From the NCBI GenBank assembly GCA_043779245.1, contig JAYWEN010000199.1, positions 1 through 30,320 of the forward strand: a DNA stretch of 30,320 bases, given 5' to 3'. This document shows, piece after piece, positions 24,422 to 30,320 of the stretch. Both the position numbers and the translations under genes were made by a program. Position 1 is the first letter of the stretch; the number at the start of each line of letters is the position of its first letter. The notes below the pieces were generated by a model that did no database searches, was not told the DNA's origin, and was given only the letters and a program-made list of their open reading frames with translations. Source of the DNA: Elusimicrobiota bacterium. GTDB taxonomy: Bacteria; Elusimicrobiota; Elusimicrobia; 2-01-FULL-59-12.

Positions 24422-24837
24422 TGAACTCCCTTTATTAAATCTCTAAGAAACTCGGCCTTAATGTTCGGGCAGGTTTTACCCTGAGCCTTCGCACTCGGCC
24501 ACTCGTAGTGGCATGATACATCTTCGGTCATTAAGCCGTATTTGTTCAATAGACTATGGACCAATTTCTCGAGCGACTCCATCTGTACTGGTCCAAAGGC
24601 ATCGACTCCGATGAGGCAAATTCCAATCGAGTCGTGGTTCTCGCCCCTGCAATGGGACCCGATCAGGCTTTCCTTTCGGCCGACCTCTATCATTCCGTCT
24701 AGATCGATCACGAAGTGATATCCGATGTCCTGCCAGTGCTTCACGGTCATGTGGTAATTTCTTATCGCGGCGGCGTTCCCGCTCACGGTGTCCGAGCAAT
24801 GAACGATGATCTTTTTAGTCTCTTTTCGATCAGTCAT
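24418..24837 (-). CDS. Endolysin, N-acetylmuramoyl-L-alanine amidase (T7-lysozyme/Amidase_2 type)
   Basis: IIVHCSD, DIGYHFVI, IGSHCRGENHDSIGIC, CHYE and KTCP zinc-ligand motifs. Confidence 0.95.
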   Translation of the reverse strand: MTDRKETKKIIVHCSDTVSGNAAAIRNYHMTVKHWQDIGYHFVIDLDGMIEVGRKESLIGSHCRGENHDSIGICLIGVDAFGPVQMESLEKLVHSLLNKYGLMTEDVSCHYEWPSAKAQGKTCPNIKAEFLRDLIKGVQ

Positions 24838-25297
24838 CTTTTTTCTCAACCTTCGTTTTTAGGAGCATCAAGTTGTTGTTCAAAAGCTTGACGTCGCTCT
24901 TTGTTGATTTCAATTCTTGAACGATGGCGGTCCCGAGCTTGGCGAACTTTCTCGAGTTGCTATCGGTCGTCTGCTCTAGGGACTTGAACTTTTCGAGTGA
25001 CTCTTCTGCGTTTTTTTTGGCTTGATTTGAGAATTCTACGGCGTCCTGAAAGAGCTTCATTTGCCGGTGAAGCTGCTCGTAGATCATTTTGTCCAACTCT
25101 GAGATTCGAGTCATGTGAGCGACGTAAGCGCTCTTCACTTCCTCGTGAAGGGATACGTTCGACTCCTTCGCCTCGTTGGAGACCTTCTTCGCCTCCTTGA
25201 TCGCGTCGAAGACCTTCTCCTCTATGAAGACCTTCGCCATCCAGAGGGTAACGGCCCAAGCAGTAGCTCCACCTATCCACTCAAGCCATTTCTCCAT
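24830..25297 (-). CDS. N-terminal TM plus long coiled-coil protein (lysis-associated)
   Basis: WLEWIGGATAWAVTLWMAKVFI followed by about 120 aa of heptad repeats; upstream of the endolysin. Confidence 0.55.
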   Translation of the reverse strand: MEKWLEWIGGATAWAVTLWMAKVFIEEKVFDAIKEAKKVSNEAKESNVSLHEEVKSAYVAHMTRISELDKMIYEQLHRQMKLFQDAVEFSNQAKKNAEESLEKFKSLEQTTDSNSRKFAKLGTAIVQELKSTKSDVKLLNNNLMLLKTKVEKKDD

Positions 25298-25305
25298 AAG
25301 CTCCT

Positions 25306-27645
25306 TTAGTTTCCGACCTTCTCAATGTACAAACTGTTCGTGTAGCCAGGAGCCGCTGATCCCTGGAAAGTAGCGGTGCTATTTAAAGTAACACCAAGGG
25401 TTTCTCCAATTAAACATTTAAGTGTAGAAGATCCGTTTCCAAAAACTGTATTTGAAACAGAAGTTAAATAGGCCCCTGAAACTCCATTTTTAAGAACATT
25501 CGTGACAAATCCCCCAGCAGCAGTGGTGAGGGAAAGGTTTGTTAAGCGATAAACCCCAGAGATTGGGCAAGTGTAAAGCCCCGTCGAAGTAGAGTATGCG
25601 TTGTGCGTATCTCCTAAAACGGTATCAAATTTAATTGGCGCTGGACCTGTTGTAGTATAATTAGAAGTCAGTGCGATTTGAGCGTTAACGCTTGCAGATG
25701 CAGGAATACTTTCCGGACCGGATCTCTTCGAAATATTTAAATGATTGAAGAGTCCTCCCGCAGAAAATACAGTGCTCGATCCATTTGATGAGCTTTGCAA
25801 CTTAATCTTTTGACCCGCAGAAAGATTAAATTCTGTCACTACCGGAATAGGCAAATAAACGACTCCTGCGGCTGCCCTTGCTTGGAAGCTCCTTGTAATC
25901 CCATTGCTTCCTACAACGTCGATCTCAGCGTATTGATTTGTAGAAAAAGAACCAGTTATCAAAAAAGATCCTGAGATATCATAGACACCGCTAATTGGAG
26001 CTGTGAAAATCCCTGTCACTGAATTGAAGCTCGCATGAGTATCAGTTGTCGGAGGGTCGTAATTTGTTACGTCTGCGACCGATGCCGTGATGACGCTTGT
26101 AGGGTTTGCAACTATCAAAGACTGCAATCGAGTGTCGCTGTCTGAGCTGCTTAGTGTGTTAGATGACCACCCAGCAATAGGAACTCTTGCGTTGATATAA
26201 ATGACGTTCGTTGCAGTGCCTAAAGAATTTGCGTTTTGATGAGTCTGCGCAGAAATCGAGCTTGTCGTATCATCATATGAAAAGAACAAATACGATCCAC
26301 CGGGCCCAATTAATAAGGGACCAGTTTTGACAGTGTTTGAGTTGCCGTTATTTGTTGACCATCGACCGACCGATGCCTCTTGACCGTTTGTGATTAAAGC
26401 AAAAAGACCTGGGGGTAGAGAAATAGACGCAGGAGCCGCGCCTGGAGATCCCATCTGGAACGTACCCTGAATTTCAACCGAATCCCCAACCTGTCGGTAG
26501 TTCATCGCCACAGAGCTTAAAGGTCCAAAATTTGTATTAAGAGGAATGTAGGGTTTAGAGTCCGTCAGAGAAGGCGCCATCGTGAGAGTTTGAGGTCCTA
26601 CAACGACGTCATCGATGACGAGATTAATCGCGGTAGTTGTCGGATGGGCGTTATAAAGAACGAATCGATATTGAGTCGAGGTTATGCTGGTTTGAAATGT
26701 CGCTGTCGCATGGCCTGCACCTATGTTTTGATTAAATCCAAAGTTTCCAGCGAAGGAATCGACCCAAGCTCCTGCGGTCACGTCATAGACAGCGATTCCG
26801 AAAGAGTTTGAGTTTGTTCCCGAGAAGTCGGCTCCACCAGATCCAGAGACTACACTGTAGTAAATTTTTACGCTTAAGACCTGGGCTTGATCTTCTGAAT
26901 CTATATTGAAAGGAACGGTCGAAACGAAATTACCCTGAACGGTTGGAGTCGTGCTGACGTAGGCTCCCGAGTAAGTACCCGCAAGTCTATTCGCCGTGAC
27001 CGCAGAGAAAGAAAGATTGGCGTCTGATCCAGTTCCGAAAGTAGGAGTTCCAGTAGGAAGTCCGAGCGAGCTGACCGATGTATTTCCAAGAACCCAGCCC
27101 GAGGTCGTTCCGGTCTCGAAGTTTCCGTTTCCTACGTTCGTTCCGTTGGTCGTCGTGACTGTAGAGAGATAATTCTTTGAGCCGCCGCCGCCAGAGCCCG
27201 CAGCGAAAAATGTTCCACCCGATCCGTCGGCCGTTAAGACCTGACCGTTCGTTGCGGCACCTGACATAATGTCAGTTCCGAGGTTGATCGTCTTGAAGAT
27301 CGTTCCGTCGTTCGAGAACTGAAGCTTCGAAAGGGAGCTATTCCATCGAAGGCTTGGGTTGTTCGCTCCCGCTCCGATGTTAAAGGCGTAGCTCTCATTT
27401 CCGGCCGTGCCCGCGCCGATCTGAAAGAAATTCTTGTTGTACTTTAAGGTCTTCGTGGCGCTGTCGACCGCGAGCGTGGGGTTTAATCCCGCGAGTCCGA
27501 AGTCGTAGATCAAGTTATGATTTGCGACCGACCCGCTGTGGCCGAACTGAACTGTGTCCGTGTTGAACTTCGTGGGTATCGTTCCCGAAGCCGCGAAGGA
27601 AACCGAGGTGAATAAGGTTACAAGTAAGTGGATTAATTTTTTCAT
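25306..27645 (-). CDS. Tail-fibre/adhesin-like protein with signal peptide, CBM-like domain and tandem C1q-like domains
   Basis: MKKLIHLLVTLFTSVSFA|A; ATNGQVLTADGSGG fibre joint; NGNFETGTTSGW CBM-like start; two C-terminal F(N/S)xxTGxFTAPxSGVY-type C1q/TNF-like modules. Confidence 0.75.
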   Translation of the reverse strand: MKKLIHLLVTLFTSVSFAASGTIPTKFNTDTVQFGHSGSVANHNLIYDFGLAGLNPTLAVDSATKTLKYNKNFFQIGAGTAGNESYAFNIGAGANNPSLRWNSSLSKLQFSNDGTIFKTINLGTDIMSGAATNGQVLTADGSGGTFFAAGSGGGGSKNYLSTVTTTNGTNVGNGNFETGTTSGWVLGNTSVSSLGLPTGTPTFGTGSDANLSFSAVTANRLAGTYSGAYVSTTPTVQGNFVSTVPFNIDSEDQAQVLSVKIYYSVVSGSGGADFSGTNSNSFGIAVYDVTAGAWVDSFAGNFGFNQNIGAGHATATFQTSITSTQYRFVLYNAHPTTTAINLVIDDVVVGPQTLTMAPSLTDSKPYIPLNTNFGPLSSVAMNYRQVGDSVEIQGTFQMGSPGAAPASISLPPGLFALITNGQEASVGRWSTNNGNSNTVKTGPLLIGPGGSYLFFSYDDTTSSISAQTHQNANSLGTATNVIYINARVPIAGWSSNTLSSSDSDTRLQSLIVANPTSVITASVADVTNYDPPTTDTHASFNSVTGIFTAPISGVYDISGSFLITGSFSTNQYAEIDVVGSNGITRSFQARAAAGVVYLPIPVVTEFNLSAGQKIKLQSSSNGSSTVFSAGGLFNHLNISKRSGPESIPASASVNAQIALTSNYTTTGPAPIKFDTVLGDTHNAYSTSTGLYTCPISGVYRLTNLSLTTAAGGFVTNVLKNGVSGAYLTSVSNTVFGNGSSTLKCLIGETLGVTLNSTATFQGSAAPGYTNSLYIEKVGN

Positions 27646-28254
27646 TTAGACTTCCTCTATGTTTCCGCTGAGTTCGTTTCCGGTCCCTAGGTCGCTGATC
27701 GCGGTGGTGCATGAATTAAAGTTTATGTCCTTGATTCGGCAGTTCCTCGAGGTGGCGCTTAATAGAATGGCCACGTCCGAGACTCCGCTGAACGAGAGCC
27801 ATCTTCCCCCTCTTACTGTAATCCTTTGCCCGTCGATTTGAAGTCCTGGAGTTGAGGAAATTCCCTTCGAGTAGAAGGCCTGGGGCTTAAAGACTAGCTC
27901 TAGGTCTGCAATCCCTGCTGGGATCACCTGGGTAACGGCCAAAGTTTGAAGCGTCGAAACCAAAACCTTCGTGATCACGGTTCCGGCTTGAATAGCTGCG
28001 ATCATCGAATTGATGTCCGGATAGGTTCCACCGGTGCCGACGATGGCGTCGAATTCCACGTTCGCATAGTTTTGCTGAACCTGTTGATCGAGCCAGCGAA
28101 TCCAATCACCAGCGTATCCGAATTGCCAGTTGTGCCACTCCGCTGGAGGAACGAAGTCGGGAACGTATCCCTGAGCTATGGCTGGAGAGCCTGGATTTGT
28201 TCTTGTTCCTGAGGTCGCCCAATCCGGGTAAACTGAAGGTCTTGTGAATGGCAT
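27646..28254 (-). CDS. Short proximal tail-fibre protein (baseplate anchor plus short beta-helix)
   Basis: Start moved to ATG 28254 (AGGAG SD). PDWA...GY.P...PPAEWHNWQF...WIRWL is a typical fibre N-terminus and follows the DUF2612-like gene. Confidence 0.7.
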   Translation of the reverse strand: MPFTRPSVYPDWATSGTRTNPGSPAIAQGYVPDFVPPAEWHNWQFGYAGDWIRWLDQQVQQNYANVEFDAIVGTGGTYPDINSMIAAIQAGTVITKVLVSTLQTLAVTQVIPAGIADLELVFKPQAFYSKGISSTPGLQIDGQRITVRGGRWLSFSGVSDVAILLSATSRNCRIKDINFNSCTTAISDLGTGNELSGNIEEV

Positions 28255-28279
28255 ATTGTGAACTCCTATATTGAAAACT

Positions 28280-28942
28280 TTAGCTAGAGTACGAACCACC
28301 TACAAGTGGATCTTGAACGCTTCCGTAGCCCTGAATGCTTTTATTGTTAACTCCGTATCCAAATGGAAACTTGGCCCTGTGAATGCCCGCATACTTTCCG
28401 GTTCCGTACCCCGAGCCCGGAGAAACATAAAGCCGATAAGCAAACGGAACTAGGGAATCGTAAGACACAATCCCGTTGACGTTCACGCCAGCCGGCAAGG
28501 TCTCTCCTAAGATTTTAATGATCTGATTTACGGAGGCTTGATCCGGAGGGAGATACTCCGACTCCACGATAACCTCACCCGGGTAGAGTTCGAACAAGCG
28601 AACTTGCATGACCTGGGCGAAGAGTTGATAAGTCTGAATGACCTGCTCGGGTTGTCCATCAGAGGTGTTGATCTTGATCTGCCCGAAGATTTCCAGCCTG
28701 TACTGAGCGTCCGGAGTTCCCGTTACACGAGAGATCCCAACGATAGATCCGATGTGATCGAGCTGAATTCCCGAGGCCATGTTCAGGTAGCGGGTGATAT
28801 TCATGTTTATCAGTTGGTCTTCTATTATTTGAAACTGAGCCGAGATCGCCGTGATCAGGTTCGTGATCAAAGACTTCCCTCTGTACTGAGTGATCAGTCT
28901 GTCGAGGGCGTCTTGAATGTTGGTCGTTATTTGACTGAACAT
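28280..28942 (-). CDS. Baseplate wedge protein, DUF2612-like
   Basis: RLITQYRGKSLITNL...ASGIQLDHIGSIVGISR...DAQYRLEI...PAGV. Confidence 0.8.
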   Translation of the reverse strand: MFSQITTNIQDALDRLITQYRGKSLITNLITAISAQFQIIEDQLINMNITRYLNMASGIQLDHIGSIVGISRVTGTPDAQYRLEIFGQIKINTSDGQPEQVIQTYQLFAQVMQVRLFELYPGEVIVESEYLPPDQASVNQIIKILGETLPAGVNVNGIVSYDSLVPFAYRLYVSPGSGYGTGKYAGIHRAKFPFGYGVNNKSIQGYGSVQDPLVGGSYSS

Positions 28943-28943
28943 C

Positions 28944-30320
28944 TTATCCTATCGTCTCTGATATATTTATATAGCTGATCTGAGTGAACGCCTGCTGAAA
29001 AGCCTGAATCGGAATGTTGTTCGAGAGCGTAGGACCCGGAGAGGTTCCGATCAAGATCGTGGCCCCGTCGATTCCTGGGATAGGCGCGAGCTGAGAAACC
29101 AAGAGAGGAGTCACGATCACGCCGACGCCTTGACCCAAGCTGTTGATGTAATTATCCAAGGCTTGCTTGACGAGAGCGTCCCCGTTCGCCGGGTAGAGAG
29201 TGCTGTCGATTAAAAGGCTGACGTTCATGTAGATATTTATCTTCGTAGGGCGAGAGAACTTCACGATGTGGTGGATTCCCTGTGAGTCGACGATCTCGTA
29301 GGAGCTTGAGCCGAAGGTCGCTATGCCTGCGTCTTTCGCTGCCCATATCGTATTCCCTATGTCGGCGTCGGAGCCCCCGTTAACGACAGCCTCGAACGAA
29401 TGCGGTGGCCTTCCGTTGGAGTCCACGATCTGAGAGACGTTCTCGTAAACCAGGGCCGAGGTGACCAATGGAACCTTTAACAAGCGCGATCGAATCGCCT
29501 CGATAGTTCCGGCTCCGGCAACCTGAAGTTCTTGGTTCATTCGAACTCGGTATGCGTTGTCGGATTCGACGTTCGTTCCTAGGGTTGCGTCCGAGGTGTT
29601 CAAGACGTTCGTGAGTCCCGAGAGCGGATTGACGATGACGCTTAAAGTTTTGGCGTTCGCGATTACAGGTCCTGTCACTATTGCGCTGGCGTTCGTGTTC
29701 GCCTGATCTATGCCCGGAGTGACGATGTTTGGAAGGATCGAGATCGGCGCCAAGAGGGAAGTCCCAACCGTGTTCGATGCAACCGTAAAGAGGGGCTGAA
29801 CCTGGAGTCCACCGGTTGCGGCACCCGCAAAGGTGATCGTGTACATGGTCGGAGAGTTCTGCATAATTATGCAGCCCGAGCAATAATTCAGGTTTCTTAT
29901 AGCTGTTTGAAGGTCTGCGGCTGAAATATTGTATGCAAGGAGAGGCGTGATGCTTCCGTTTATCGAGAGCGCGAAGCTTCCCGATCCTGGAGTCGCGGAG
30001 AACACGAGGGTCTGAACGCAGTTTTGACCAGCGCCTAAAACCACGGCTCCGTTCAGGGTGAAGATGCTCGCAGGGCTTCCGAGGACGGAGAATTGAGTCG
30101 TCGTCGGGATTGAGGTCCCAGGGACGCCGAAGAGCTTGAAGTTCTGAACCAATGATTTCGTCGGCTGAAGGCGTGGGATTCCGCGAAGCGCTCCGACGTT
30201 GTCGAGCGATGCTCCGAAAGCCGTGTCGGGAACTTGAGAGGCGTAGACGTCCTGCATGGCTTGCCAAACGAGCGAAAGCCTCTCCGAAACTATGCCCGAG
30301 ATCTGCCCGAAAACTGCCTG
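28944..30320 (-). CDS. Baseplate J-like wedge protein (5' end runs off the window)
   Basis: Frame open to the window edge; PDTAFGASLDNV, ESDNAYRVR, TIEAIRSRL, VYEN, PPHSFEAVVNGG and FSRP motifs. Confidence 0.9.
   Translation of the reverse strand, partial: QAVFGQISGIVSERLSLVWQAMQDVYASQVPDTAFGASLDNVGALRGIPRLQPTKSLVQNFKLFGVPGTSIPTTTQFSVLGSPASIFTLNGAVVLGAGQNCVQTLVFSATPGSGSFALSINGSITPLLAYNISAADLQTAIRNLNYCSGCIIMQNSPTMYTITFAGAATGGLQVQPLFTVASNTVGTSLLAPISILPNIVTPGIDQANTNASAIVTGPVIANAKTLSVIVNPLSGLTNVLNTSDATLGTNVESDNAYRVRMNQELQVAGAGTIEAIRSRLLKVPLVTSALVYENVSQIVDSNGRPPHSFEAVVNGGSDADIGNTIWAAKDAGIATFGSSSYEIVDSQGIHHIVKFSRPTKINIYMNVSLLIDSTLYPANGDALVKQALDNYINSLGQGVGVIVTPLLVSQLAPIPGIDGATILIGTSPGPTLSNNIPIQAFQQAFTQISYINISETIG

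Noticed and set aside
25306-26110. Diversity-generating retroelement VR/TR pair or shufflon in the fibre tip
   Set aside because: The two C1q-like modules are diverged at DNA level with no adenine-specific pattern; no reverse transcriptase or invertase in the window.
29380-30267. 295-aa alternative-frame ORF over baseplate J
   Set aside because: Arg/Ser-rich with no motif, no SD and no coupling to neighbours; expected shadow of CG-rich codon usage.
1-30320. Genome-wide stop-codon reassignment
   Set aside because: Conserved genes are full length in the standard code, and TAG, TGA and TAA all end genes at tightly coupled junctions.
1-30320. tRNA/tmRNA genes, integrase or att site
   Set aside because: No cloverleaf or T-loop context found in the intergenic gaps and no recombinase motif; lifestyle cannot be inferred from this window.

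Overview
The window is a gene-dense part of a tailed dsDNA phage genome, most likely a contractile-tailed myovirus (baseplate-J-like and DUF2612-like wedge genes). Its host is probably Gram-negative, since the lysis cassette includes a spanin-like lipoprotein. There are three transcription blocks. (1) A leftward block, 6246 to 1: small regulators, a RecU-like resolvase, hypotheticals, then terminase small and large subunits and the portal, which runs off the left edge. (2) A rightward early/middle block, 6409 to 18638: ParB-like protein plus C5 cytosine methyltransferase, HNH, replication initiator, DnaB-like helicase, a RecE/RecT-like pair, three consecutive HNH-type genes and many small accessory ORFs. 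(3) The end of the leftward late block, 30320 to 18812: baseplate, fibres, lysis cassette and decoration/whisker-like genes. A divergent promoter with operator-like repeats lies near 6270-6330, and a hairpin-rich convergent junction lies at 18650-18810. I found no integrase, tRNA, CRISPR array or reverse transcriptase. The most unusual features are: an apparently split tail fibre whose 779-aa distal part starts with a classical Sec-type signal peptide and ends in tandem C1q-like domains; a Cys-rich, probably exported HNH nuclease; same-strand dual-coding regions; a candidate structured leader RNA upstream of the replication module; and an array of paralogous Ig-like late proteins. All family assignments come from motif recognition by eye, not from database searches.
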